Source of the DNA: Ignavibacteriota bacterium
Lineage (GTDB): Bacteria > Bacteroidota > Ignavibacteria > UBA10030 > UBA6906
Reading direction: 5' to 3'
Assembly (NCBI GenBank): GCA_003158475.1
Contig: PMJR01000066.1
Location: forward strand, 1-62,258
DNA length: 62,258 bases
The notes beneath the pieces were generated by a model. That model did not search any database. It saw nothing but the letters and a program-made list of their open reading frames with translations, and was not told where the DNA came from. The translations under genes were made by a program, and so were the position numbers. The stretch's first letter is position 1. Each line of letters starts with the position of its first letter. Positions 19,397 to 28,903 of this stretch are shown piece after piece.

Positions 19397-20230
19397 ATGA
19401 ACATCAAGGAACTCGTCAGACTGTACGACTTCACCGGCAAATCGGTGATGGTGACCGGCGGGGCCGGCGTCCTGGCCGGGGAGATGGCGTGCGCGCTCTT
19501 CGGCTGTAATGCGCAAATCGCGATCGTGTGCCGGGACCCCTCGCACGCCGCCCCGCTCATGAAGCGGATCGAGCCGGTGGGTGACCGTGCCATCGTCGTC
19601 TTCGGCGACGTCCTCAAGGGGGAGACCATGCAGATCGCCGCCGATCAGGTGATACGTGCGTTCGGGAAGATCGACATACTCATCAACGCGGCGGGAGGGA
19701 ACGACCCCCGCGCTACGTCGGGGGGCGGGAACAGTTTTTTCGACATTCCGGCAGAGGCGCTGAAATTCGTATCGGACCTGAACCTCCTCGGGACAATGAT
19801 ACCATCCCAGATCGTGGGGAAACATATGGCCGGGAGGGGAGAAGGGGTCATACTGAACGTTTCCTCGATGAACGCCTTCCGCCCCCTGACGAGGATCGCG
19901 GCATACTCCGCTGCGAAGGCTGCCGTGAGCAACTTCACGCAATGGCTCGCGGTGTACATGGCGCAGGAGGTGTCGCCGAACATACGCGTGAACGCGATCG
20001 CGCCCGGATTCTTCCTCACGAATCAGAACCGGTACCTCCTGATCGACCGGGAGACGGGGAAACACACCGACCGGGGAAAAAAGATCCTCGATCACACTCC
20101 CGCAGGACGATTCGGGGAACCGGAAGATCTTCTGGGCACAGTGCTCTGGCTCCTCTCCCCGGCTTCGAAGTTCGTCACGGGGATCGTGGTGCCTGTCGAC
20201 GGCGGGTTTTCAGCTTTCGGTGGCGTCTAA
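19397..20230 (+). CDS. SDR oxidoreductase, probable D-mannonate/fructuronate reductase (UxuB-like)
   Basis: TGGAGVL, INAAGGN, PLTRIAAYSAAKAAVSNFTQWLA; operon context. Confidence 0.85.
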   Translation: MNIKELVRLYDFTGKSVMVTGGAGVLAGEMACALFGCNAQIAIVCRDPSHAAPLMKRIEPVGDRAIVVFGDVLKGETMQIAADQVIRAFGKIDILINAAGGNDPRATSGGGNSFFDIPAEALKFVSDLNLLGTMIPSQIVGKHMAGRGEGVILNVSSMNAFRPLTRIAAYSAAKAAVSNFTQWLAVYMAQEVSPNIRVNAIAPGFFLTNQNRYLLIDRETGKHTDRGKKILDHTPAGRFGEPEDLLGTVLWLLSPASKFVTGIVVPVDGGFSAFGGV

Positions 20231-20242
20231 AGGAGCGTGGCG

Positions 20243-21502
20243 ATGTCCGGCATAACGGGGAAGGGTTCACTTGACGCGCCGCTCGACGTGCCGGCAATCG
20301 AGGAGATCTGTGCGGATGCCCTGTCCGCTCTCGATCTCCGGGGGAAGCGAGTCCTGGTTCTCATCCCCGACCATACGCGACACGCACCGATCGGGTTGTT
20401 TTTCCACGCCCTCTACCGGATACTGGGCCGGAGCGTGAAGTGCCTGGATTACCTCGTCGCCACCGGGACGCACCGGGCGATGGAGCCGGAGAGGCTCTAC
20501 CGGCACATCGGCATTACGCCGGAGGAGCACCGGAGGGAATTCACAAACGTAAGCCTCCTCGCACATGAGCACGATAACCCCGCCGCGTTGAAAAGCATCG
20601 GCACGATCCCCGCCTCGGAGATCCGGACGCTCACTGGCGGTCTGTTCGTCCAGGATATCCCCGTGAGCATCAACAGGGCGGTCCTGGAGTACGACCATGT
20701 CCTCATCGTCAGCCCTGTGGTCCCCCACGAGGCGATGGGATTTGCCGGGGGGAACAAATACTTCTTTCCCGGCGTGGGGGGGGTCGACATCATCGAGACG
20801 TTCCATTGGCTGGCTGCCGTCATCACCAATCCGGCCGTCAACGGGGTGAAGGACACCGCCACGCGGCGTGTCATCGACAGGGCCGCACAGTTCCTCCAGG
20901 TCCCCCGCACATGCATTGCCTTTGCGGTGGACGACCGTGACCGGCTGGCATGCCTGTTTGTCGGCAGTCCGGAAGAGGCATGGTCCCGTGCGGCCGATTA
21001 CTCGGCGAAGCTCCACATCAAGTACATCGGAAGCCCGGTCGACCGGGTCCTGGGTGTGACGCCTGATATCTACGAAGAACTATGGGTCGGCGGAAAGGCG
21101 ATGTACAAACTGGAACCGGTCGTGGCCGACGGGGGTGAACTGATCATCTACGGTCCGCAGATCCGTGAGATCTCGTTCGTCCACGGCCGCGCAATCAGGC
21201 GGGTCGGCTACCACGTGAGGGATTATTTTCTCTCTCAGTGGGAGAAGTTCTGCGATGAGCCGAAACTGATACTGGCGCATTCCACAAACGTCCGCGGCGT
21301 GGGGTCGTTCGAACAGGGGGTCGAGCATCCACGCATCTCCGTGACACTGGCGACGGCGATTCCGGAAGAACTCTGCAGGGCCGTGAACCTCGGATTCCGG
21401 GATCCCCGGTCGATCGATCTGGACGCCTGGCGCCGGCATCCGGGGCGCGGCGACCTTGTCATTGAAAATGCGGGACAGGTCCTCTACAGGCTGCAGGAGT
21501 AG
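20243..21502 (+). CDS. LarA (lactate racemase) family protein, candidate sugar-acid 2-epimerase
   Basis: IPDHTR, ATGTHR, PHEAMGFAGGNK, ETFHW, GKAMYK. Confidence 0.85.
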   Translation: MSGITGKGSLDAPLDVPAIEEICADALSALDLRGKRVLVLIPDHTRHAPIGLFFHALYRILGRSVKCLDYLVATGTHRAMEPERLYRHIGITPEEHRREFTNVSLLAHEHDNPAALKSIGTIPASEIRTLTGGLFVQDIPVSINRAVLEYDHVLIVSPVVPHEAMGFAGGNKYFFPGVGGVDIIETFHWLAAVITNPAVNGVKDTATRRVIDRAAQFLQVPRTCIAFAVDDRDRLACLFVGSPEEAWSRAADYSAKLHIKYIGSPVDRVLGVTPDIYEELWVGGKAMYKLEPVVADGGELIIYGPQIREISFVHGRAIRRVGYHVRDYFLSQWEKFCDEPKLILAHSTNVRGVGSFEQGVEHPRISVTLATAIPEELCRAVNLGFRDPRSIDLDAWRRHPGRGDLVIENAGQVLYRLQE

Positions 21503-21559
21503 GAACCGGATGACGGAGAATATGCTGCGCCATCATCGGGAATCAGAAAGGAAGAAGAG

Positions 21560-22642
21560 ATGGACAATGTGCTCAACATCCGTCCCCGGGGGGCTCTCGA
21601 TCTGGTCTCCCTGGGAGCGCTGGTACACCGGCTTGATCCCGGGATCATCCCCTTCCGCAAGGCGGCTGAATGCCAGATCCACGTCAGCGGAGGTGAATAC
21701 AACGTCGCTGCAAATCTCTCCGACTGCTTCCGCATGAACACGGCGATTGCCACCGCGATGGTGGAATATCCCATCGGCGACCTGGCGGCGGAGCGCGTGA
21801 AAGCGATGGGGGTGAAGCCGTTCTACCGGTTCTTCAAGCACAACGGTGTCAACGGTCCGAATATCGCCGCGGTCTACAGCGACCGGGGGCAGGGTATTCG
21901 TGCTCCGGTGGTTTTCTATAACCGGTGCAACGAAGCTGCAGCGCAGCTTCGTCCGGGGGATTTTGACTGGGAGACCATCTTCTCGGGGGGGGTCCGGTGG
22001 TTCCACAGCGGGGGGATATTCGCTTCTCTCTCGGCGACAACGGGGGAGCTGATCATCGAGGGGATGAAGGCGGCGCGGAAGGCGGGGGCTGTCGTAAGTT
22101 TCGATCTCAATTTCAGGGAGAAGCTCTGGAGCATCTGGGGGGGGGAAAAAAAGGCGGCGGACGTCGTGGAGCGGATCGTCGGGAACGTCGATGTCCTCGT
22201 CGGGAATGAGGAAGACCTCCAGAAGGGACTCGGGATCCCCGGCCCCAAAGCGAATGCGAAATCGAAACTCGACCCGGAGATTTTTCTCGGCATGATGCGG
22301 GACCTGGCGGCACGGCATCCGAATGTCAGGGTGGCGGCGACGACGCTCCGGGAGGTGCATTCGGCAAACCGGCACAGCTGGAGCGCCGTGGCATGGGTCA
22401 ATGGCAAAGCCTTCAATGCGCCGGCATGCGATCTCGAAGTGCTCGACCGCGTGGGGGGGGGTGACGGGTTTGCGAGCGGATTCATCTACGGCCTTCTCTC
22501 AGGCGAGCCACCTGAGGAGGCGGTGAAACTCGGCTGGGCGCACGGGGCTCTCTTGACGACGTTTCCCGGAGATACCACGATGGCGACTCTTGAGCAGGTG
22601 CGGTCTTTCGCCGGCGGCGGCTCGGCACGCATACAGCGATAA
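21560..22642 (+). CDS. kdgK: PfkB-family sugar kinase, probable 2-keto-3-deoxygluconate kinase
   Basis: GGEYNVA, SFDLNFREKLW, GNEED, DRVGGGDGFASG. Confidence 0.88.
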   Translation: MDNVLNIRPRGALDLVSLGALVHRLDPGIIPFRKAAECQIHVSGGEYNVAANLSDCFRMNTAIATAMVEYPIGDLAAERVKAMGVKPFYRFFKHNGVNGPNIAAVYSDRGQGIRAPVVFYNRCNEAAAQLRPGDFDWETIFSGGVRWFHSGGIFASLSATTGELIIEGMKAARKAGAVVSFDLNFREKLWSIWGGEKKAADVVERIVGNVDVLVGNEEDLQKGLGIPGPKANAKSKLDPEIFLGMMRDLAARHPNVRVAATTLREVHSANRHSWSAVAWVNGKAFNAPACDLEVLDRVGGGDGFASGFIYGLLSGEPPEEAVKLGWAHGALLTTFPGDTTMATLEQVRSFAGGGSARIQR

Positions 22643-22701
22643 GAATTCATACGGAGTGCACCGGGCGCGGCTCGTGGACGGAATGATTGTGCTCCCCGGG
22701 C

Positions 22702-24087
22702 CTACATCTTCAGCGTAAGCCCGACCCCGAGTGATCCGCGCGAGAACGAGTCATGCGAAAAAAGCCAGCCGATGTTGTCGGAAGCGACGTCGAGCTGGAC
22801 CACCCAGATCTTCAGCCCGAACCCGAGGGCGAAATTGAAACGGTCCAATCCGCCGAACCCGACACCCGTCCTGATCGGGAGGAACTGCCATGGGCGGTAT
22901 TCAAGCCCGAGCGAAAGACGGCCCACCCTGCTCGATCCCGGGAAATCCGAGAACCCCTGCGCGAAATCGCATCCCGCCGTCATCTCCCCGTAGAGGATCT
23001 TCTTCACCCAGCTGATTTGCCCGAGTTCGACCTGGACGCCCATCCGGAGTGTGGTCGGGAGTCCCACGGTGAACGCCCCGCCCGGTTTCGTGTTTCCCGT
23101 AACAGAATGTTCGAGTGAGTCCCGCTGGGCGCCGTTCATCGGATCATCGAGGTGCATCCGTCCCAGTCCGTAGACTTGCCTGACGTCTCCGTCCCAGCGC
23201 ATCGAGCCGATATCGGTGACGCTGATGCCAGCAATCAGGAATTCATTCATCTCGGCGGATATCCCGAGGTCGACCCCAATCCCGCTCCCGGCGGGCGCAG
23301 GGAAAGGGGAACTCTTCAGGTCGGATTGCGATGTCACGCCGGCGAGGTCGACATTTGCGTCGAGCACGCCGTTGCTCCCCGCCGAGAGCCACGTGTTGTC
23401 ACGGGTGACCGCCGCGTAGGCGAACCCGTGTACCAGCTTTACCGAGAGACCCCCCGACCAGCTTCTGAACCAGGGAACGGCCGGGAGGACGAATCCGGCG
23501 GAGAGAGCGTACTCACGCGTCCACGCGGCCGCTCCGGCGGCGCCGCTGAAGTCGTACGAGGAGGCGGGCGTCACCCCCTCGAGAAGAAATCTCGCGTACG
23601 ACGAAGGGATCGCAGCGGTCGCAGCCACCCGTTCTGTCGCTGTGAGGGCGAATGTCGCGAATCCTTCGAAACGGATCGCCAGGCCTATGGGACGGACCTC
23701 CGCGTCGGCACTGATCCTTCCCATCCCCCCCGGGAACGCGTTCAGCAACTCCTGCTTGTCGCTCTCCGAGAGATTCCTCGCAACCCGGCCGGTCGGCGTT
23801 TCCACGCCCGTGAAGAACTTGTTGTAGAGGCCGTACGTCATGAAATCGCTCCCGACGCCGATTCCGATCGGCATCAGGCCGATCGTCACGGTTGCGTCGT
23901 CCCGGAGCGCGAGGTTCGCGGGATTGATGCCGACGGCATCGAGACCGCGCGAGGCTGCGACCGATGTCCTGGCCATACCCAGCCCCCGTATGTTGGTCTG
24001 CTCGCCGGCCAGAGTTTCGGGCGGCGTACCGGACAGCATGAGTGCGAGGAGGACGATTCCCGATACAGAAAGGCGGTTCGTTTTCAT
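22702..24087 (-). CDS. DUF5723-like outer-membrane beta-barrel protein
   Basis: Signal peptide, RGLGMA...INPANL N-terminus (FadL-like), GSGIGVDLG, LPTTLRMG; ends in a beta-strand. Confidence 0.7.
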   Translation of the reverse strand: MKTNRLSVSGIVLLALMLSGTPPETLAGEQTNIRGLGMARTSVAASRGLDAVGINPANLALRDDATVTIGLMPIGIGVGSDFMTYGLYNKFFTGVETPTGRVARNLSESDKQELLNAFPGGMGRISADAEVRPIGLAIRFEGFATFALTATERVAATAAIPSSYARFLLEGVTPASSYDFSGAAGAAAWTREYALSAGFVLPAVPWFRSWSGGLSVKLVHGFAYAAVTRDNTWLSAGSNGVLDANVDLAGVTSQSDLKSSPFPAPAGSGIGVDLGISAEMNEFLIAGISVTDIGSMRWDGDVRQVYGLGRMHLDDPMNGAQRDSLEHSVTGNTKPGGAFTVGLPTTLRMGVQVELGQISWVKKILYGEMTAGCDFAQGFSDFPGSSRVGRLSLGLEYRPWQFLPIRTGVGFGGLDRFNFALGFGLKIWVVQLDVASDNIGWLFSHDSFSRGSLGVGLTLKM

Positions 24088-26150
24088 TTGTTCACCTGGT
24101 ACTTGAATTCCGCCCAGATCCTGATCCTGATCGCCTGCGTTGATTCGAAGCTCACGGGATCGGTCCCCGCACTCGAGATCCCCATAAAGTAGGCCACGGA
24201 ATACGCACTGTTGAATTGCTGGATCTCGGTGCCGGCAAGTTGTATGATCCTCTCCGCATGCGTGGGAGACTGCACGATTCCCCCCTGGACAGCGGGAGCG
24301 GGAATGCTGATCGAGTCCCCGGCGGTCTGCGGGAGGACGAGGAGAAGTCGCTTCGCCCGGTCCAGAAATCTCAGCTTCAGGGCAACCTGGAGCGGGATGG
24401 CGTTGTCGATCGAGACATGCAGTTGTATGCTGTTGATATTACCCGCGGTCTTCGCGTCGACCAGCGTGTGCCCCTGGCCGGTTCCCGATGTGTCTCCGAT
24501 TGACGTGGTGTCGGCAAACAGCCCCCCGGTGAGGGAGCATATGAGGGGGAACGAAAGCTGGACCTGACCGCCGAACCAGCTGCTGTTCCCCATGGACTGC
24601 GGTGCCGAAATATCGTACTGCGGGTTGACGAGCACCGTCCCGCGTACGCGGAGCGAATCGGGGAGCAGGCCGCTGATCGAGGTGAGGAATCTCCCGACGT
24701 CTCCCGGCAAGAAGTCGATCGGCTGCAGGCCATTGCCTGTACTCGACTGCGGCACAGCCATCTCCGACAGGAGCTGGCCGCGGTTTCCCTCAGCCTGGAG
24801 TTTCAGGTCGAGCTGCAGTGGGAATCGTATCGTGGATTGCGGGAGAAGCCTCAGGTTTGCGGCCGGGACGTTCACCTGGCCTTTGAATTTCTTTGTGAGA
24901 TCGCCGAGCTTCACCGGGAGAAGCGTGTTGATGTTGACCCACGTCGGCTTCATCACACCCACCACACTGTCTGCCACGATCGACGTCGCACTCAGCGCAA
25001 ATGAGATATTGTCGTTTTCCCGGACCTTGACCGGGGCTCCTCCCCCCGCCGGTGTGAGGGAAATGGTCCCCGTCACGTCGAGCGCGGAGATGAAATTGCC
25101 GTCGGTGGAGTGAAGCCGGTACGCTCCGAGATCGAGCGTGCGGTCGAGGCCCTTCCCGGCTGGAAGAGAGACATTATCGGTGTAGGCGATCCCCGCGGGC
25201 GTCAGAAGCTCCCTGATGCTGTAGCTGAAGGACGCGTTCACCGGGAGCGCGCTCTGGAAATGAAGCGTAAGCCTCCCCGATTTCACGAAGAGCTCCTTCA
25301 CCAGATTCGAGTCCTTGAGCGCGAGAGACATCGTCACGTTGTTCACGGCAACCTGCGCGGGGAGCGTGGTGACGATGGCACTGCGCACCATCATATTCCC
25401 GGCGACAAGTGTCGCAACGACAAGGTTGTCGGAAGGGATGAAGACAGGCTGTGTGCTTCCCGGTTCGGAGAGTGCGATTCCCGTGAGCGACAGTGTGCGT
25501 GTCAGGAACACCCCCGCAAGGTCCATCGATGCGACCGATTCGGTCCCGGGCTGAATCGGGCCCATTCCGGTGAAATCAAACGTGCCGCACGCGGTGCCGC
25601 CGGCGTCCTTGAGCGTGATCGGGCCCTGCACTGTCGCCGGAACCGGGAGGTTGTTGCGCAAATGCAGCTCGAGAGTGCCGCTCTGGAAGCTCACGGAGTC
25701 GAGCCCGGGGAGCATCACCTGCAGGGGCGCAACCGAAAAAGTCGCCGGAGGGATGGGCGTCGTCGTCCCCTTTGGAAACGTGGCGGGGAAAGGGACCGGG
25801 AGTACATAGGACGTGCCGGCGACGGAGAAGACGCCGAGCTGAACCTGCGATGAGCATGTGAACGGAGAAAGGCTGACGAGGTTTCCGAAGAATGTGGGGT
25901 CTGCCTGGAACGTGGTCCTGTACACGAGCTGCGTCCCTCCCGGCGTGATCCCGAGGAGACTGGAATCCTTGCTGATGAGATCGGAAAGTGTGTACGACCT
26001 GAGGGAGACGGGGGCGGTCATCTGCGTCTCCCACGTCGGTGCGACCGGTGCGAGAGGTTTGTTGACGCAGTGGAACGAGATTCCCGCCAGCGCGAGCACA
26101 CAGATCGATCCCGCCGCTCTCTTTATGCGTTGTCTGATTGCTTTTTTCAT
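24084..26150 (-). CDS. Large hypothetical lipoprotein, beta-rich
   Basis: Hydrophobic stretch ending in Cys (ISFHC), then PVAPTWE...P; stop overlaps the start of the barrel gene. Confidence 0.75.
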   Translation of the reverse strand: MKKAIRQRIKRAAGSICVLALAGISFHCVNKPLAPVAPTWETQMTAPVSLRSYTLSDLISKDSSLLGITPGGTQLVYRTTFQADPTFFGNLVSLSPFTCSSQVQLGVFSVAGTSYVLPVPFPATFPKGTTTPIPPATFSVAPLQVMLPGLDSVSFQSGTLELHLRNNLPVPATVQGPITLKDAGGTACGTFDFTGMGPIQPGTESVASMDLAGVFLTRTLSLTGIALSEPGSTQPVFIPSDNLVVATLVAGNMMVRSAIVTTLPAQVAVNNVTMSLALKDSNLVKELFVKSGRLTLHFQSALPVNASFSYSIRELLTPAGIAYTDNVSLPAGKGLDRTLDLGAYRLHSTDGNFISALDVTGTISLTPAGGGAPVKVRENDNISFALSATSIVADSVVGVMKPTWVNINTLLPVKLGDLTKKFKGQVNVPAANLRLLPQSTIRFPLQLDLKLQAEGNRGQLLSEMAVPQSSTGNGLQPIDFLPGDVGRFLTSISGLLPDSLRVRGTVLVNPQYDISAPQSMGNSSWFGGQVQLSFPLICSLTGGLFADTTSIGDTSGTGQGHTLVDAKTAGNINSIQLHVSIDNAIPLQVALKLRFLDRAKRLLLVLPQTAGDSISIPAPAVQGGIVQSPTHAERIIQLAGTEIQQFNSAYSVAYFMGISSAGTDPVSFESTQAIRIRIWAEFKYQVNK

Positions 26151-26452
26151 GCTGCTGCGCTCCCCTTGATTCTCTGAGCCAGGTATGTTCAAATCCCATG
26201 CCCCGCGGGAGCGCCGGAGTGCCATATGGCACACCGACCCTAGCATCGCCGGCGTGAAGGGCTTATCACCCCCCGGGGGACGGGCGGAGCCTTACCTCCC
26301 TCCCTGCCCGTCCGTCGATGCATGTAGTTTCTTCAAAAAAAAACCATTATGGCGGACAAGGGTGACACGTGTGCGGAGAAGGGTCCGTTCCTTTCTCCCC
26401 GCAGGAAGGACGCAAAGAGAGAGGTTCCATGAGATGGGGGGACGCACCGGTG

Positions 26453-26481
26453 TTGACTGGCGCGTTCTGAAATGTTACATT
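26453..26481 (+). promoter_or_regulatory. sigma70-type promoter with extended -10
   Basis: TTGACT-N17-TACATT with TG; ATG 8 nt downstream. Confidence 0.6.
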
Positions 26482-26489
26482 CATCATCC

Positions 26490-27401
26490 ATGAATCCGTC
26501 TTCTCTTCACGCCCGCACACCGATCCGGGCCACGACCCGGGTCCGCCATTTGGCCGTTCCGGCCTTCCTCCTGGTGGTCTCCCTTCTCCGGCCCGGAGAG
26601 CATGTGTACGCGCAGGATACCTCTGACGTGAACCCCGCCCGGCTCGCGATCGTTTCAGGTATCACGTTCGGAACAGTGATCCCCGTCCACATCTACCAGC
26701 AGAACGCCTGGTGGCAGGGAGCCCGGGCTCCCTTCCGATTCGAAAATGACTGGGCGTACGCGTTGAATGTCGACAAGCTGGGACATATGTACGCGGGATA
26801 CCTTCTCTCCCGGACGTTCAGGTACTCGCTGGAGTGGAGCGGATTCAGCCGTCACACGAGCACGTTTTACGGGTCTGTGCTCGGATTAGCCTACCAGATG
26901 TATGTGGAAGTCGAGGACGGGTTCCACAGGATCTACGGCTTCAGCCCGGGGGACGCGTTCTTCAACATGATCGGCGCTGCAATTCCGCTTGCACAGTGGA
27001 CGTTCCCCCTCCTCAGGAATTTCACGCTCAAATACAGCTACTGGCCGAGCACGGGGTACAGGAACGAACTGCGCGCGGGACAGGGGAGGGCGTTCCTCGA
27101 CGACTACCAGGGGACAACAGTGTGGCTGGGCGTCGACCCCCATTTTTTGTTGGGGAGCCGCCTTGCGGATGCTCTGCCCCCATGGCTTGGCCTGGCGTTC
27201 GGCGTCGGGGCAAGGGACCTGGATGAGACTGGGGGCGGGCGACGTCAGGCCACGATTGCGCTGGACTACAATTTCTCCAGGATTCAAACGGGGAGCGACT
27301 TCCTCCAGGCGCTCTTCACGTTCGTGGACTTCTATCACCTCCCGGCGCCCGGCATCAGGCTTGACGGGAAACGGATCATCTTCGGGGTCTTCTATCCATG
27401 A
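26490..27401 (+). CDS. DUF2279/YfiM-like protein
   Basis: WW...FRFEND, VDKLGHMY, EVEDGF...GFSPGD, DDYQGTTVW. Confidence 0.8.
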   Translation: MNPSSLHARTPIRATTRVRHLAVPAFLLVVSLLRPGEHVYAQDTSDVNPARLAIVSGITFGTVIPVHIYQQNAWWQGARAPFRFENDWAYALNVDKLGHMYAGYLLSRTFRYSLEWSGFSRHTSTFYGSVLGLAYQMYVEVEDGFHRIYGFSPGDAFFNMIGAAIPLAQWTFPLLRNFTLKYSYWPSTGYRNELRAGQGRAFLDDYQGTTVWLGVDPHFLLGSRLADALPPWLGLAFGVGARDLDETGGGRRQATIALDYNFSRIQTGSDFLQALFTFVDFYHLPAPGIRLDGKRIIFGVFYP

Positions 27402-28021
27402 AGGGGATGACCCTGCGCCATGTTACTGCCGCCCTCTTCTTTCTCCTCCCCGGTGCGCTTTGCGTCGCGCAGTCTCCCCCTGGCGGGTCCGCCCCTCAGG
27501 ATTCCTCCCGGCAATTCGGACTCGTGTTCGACGTTCAGGTTGCCCCGCATTTCTCCTCGATCAACGCTTTCGCGGACGGGGGGTATTCGATCTCTCTCGG
27601 ATTCGGTCTGAACTTCTCCCCCATGTTCCAGATGTCGATTCAGGTTTATACAGGGAGGGAGGAATTCCCCGCCGGCTCCGCGAAGCCTGCGGACGGTTGG
27701 CTCCCCCTGGGTGGTGCCTCGCTCGAGGGGACGTTTTTCCTCGCGTCCGGCCCCACCGTGCGGCCGTACGGAACCGCAGGCTATGGCCTGTACACGATTG
27801 CCGGAGGGAATGGTTACAACGGAGGTGGTCCGCATTTTGAAGCCGGCGTCGAGTGGGATCTCTCCCGGTATTTTTCGATCCGGGGGGGTGTCCAGTACAC
27901 CATCATAAGTTTCCATGACCCAACGGGGGAAGCGTTCCAAGCCCTGGGCTTCGAGCCATTCACGGCACATTTTCTCGGCGCCGCGATCCGCTTGGCATTC
28001 TATCCGAGCGTCCTCCCATGA
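27398..28021 (+). CDS. Small outer-membrane beta-barrel protein
   Basis: Signal peptide, alternating beta-strands, RPYGTAGYG, terminal LAFYP. Confidence 0.7.
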   Translation: MKGMTLRHVTAALFFLLPGALCVAQSPPGGSAPQDSSRQFGLVFDVQVAPHFSSINAFADGGYSISLGFGLNFSPMFQMSIQVYTGREEFPAGSAKPADGWLPLGGASLEGTFFLASGPTVRPYGTAGYGLYTIAGGNGYNGGGPHFEAGVEWDLSRYFSIRGGVQYTIISFHDPTGEAFQALGFEPFTAHFLGAAIRLAFYPSVLP

Positions 28022-28033
28022 ACTGATGTCCAC

Positions 28034-28076
28034 GGGCCTCTGCTCCGCACCACCGGAGGAGAGAGGGGCTTTCTTT
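28034..28076 (+). terminator. Probable intrinsic terminator
   Basis: GCCTCT-GCTCCG...CGGAG-GAGAGAGGGGC hairpin followed by TTTCTTT. Confidence 0.45.
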
Positions 28077-28200
28077 AAGGGCTTGTAGAATCTACGATAA
28101 AACCCCCAAGGAGGTGTAATTTTTCCCTCCTCCGGCGGGACTAATCGTAAAAAAGTGCGTTCCCCACCTCTATTGCATATGTCCGTCTGAATGCCGGTTT

Positions 28201-28216
28201 TGGTACAGGATTTGTT
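28201..28216 (+). promoter_or_regulatory. sigma54-like -24/-12 element
   Basis: TGGTAC-AGGAT-TTGT (GG-N10-GT, non-canonical -12). Confidence 0.35.
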
Positions 28217-28297
28217 TATACAACGGTCAAATGAAAAGCCGGCGAATCGGGACGTTGAGGCCGGCGACAAGAGTATCAGACTGAGACCGGGGGACTT

Positions 28298-28681
28298 ATG
28301 AGAACTATCGCAATCGTCGTCGCGCTTTTCGGAGTGATCTTATTCTCGAAGCTGTACCTCGCGGAGCCCTCTACCGCCGACGGGCAGCAGGTGGTCGCAA
28401 AGCTTGTGCACGACAATTCGCTGGGGAGTATGAAACTCTCGGATTTCAGGCAGACGGGCGGGAAAGAATACATCCTCTCCGGTGTGCGTGTATACATCAT
28501 GACATTCGAGGGATCCGTGGAATGCATGAACTCTCCGGAGCAGGCCACGAATGTCGTCTTCGCGTTCGACCGCCGGGAAGGAACAAAAGTGTCTCCCATG
28601 CGCGCCGGTGACCGCCGCATTGTGAAGGGCGCGATACAGTTCGAGAAAACATCCTACGCCTGGGTGGGACAGCCGATGTGA
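28298..28681 (+). CDS. Hypothetical exported protein
   Basis: GGGGA RBS, N-terminal hydrophobic helix, 127 aa. Confidence 0.7.
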   Translation: MRTIAIVVALFGVILFSKLYLAEPSTADGQQVVAKLVHDNSLGSMKLSDFRQTGGKEYILSGVRVYIMTFEGSVECMNSPEQATNVVFAFDRREGTKVSPMRAGDRRIVKGAIQFEKTSYAWVGQPM

Positions 28682-28708
28682 CGCTCCTCGGGTAGCCGAT
28701 CGTGAGTT

Positions 28709-28754
28709 GACCGGCCCTTCTCCTGCCGTTTCCGCGGCGTGGGAAGGGCCGGTC
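28709..28754 (+). terminator. Strong hairpin / probable terminator
   Basis: GACCGGCCCTTC...GAAGGGCCGGTC perfect 12-bp stem. Confidence 0.6.
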
Positions 28755-28849
28755 TCATTCCTTCCTCCTCCGCTCCACCGATCGCAATTCTTCGTTTGGA
28801 GTTCTCCGGTTTCCTTCTAAATTAGCAGTTCATGACGAGTTCCTATCAG

Positions 28850-28872
28850 CCCCGGCTGAAATCGGCGGGACT
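28850..28872. repeat. Dispersed copy of the REP-like palindrome
   Basis: CCCCGGCTGAAATCGGCGGGACT matches the units at 12147-12230. Confidence 0.65.
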
Positions 28873-28903
28873 GTCAGCTTCAGACACAGAAGGGATTTGT
28901 TCC

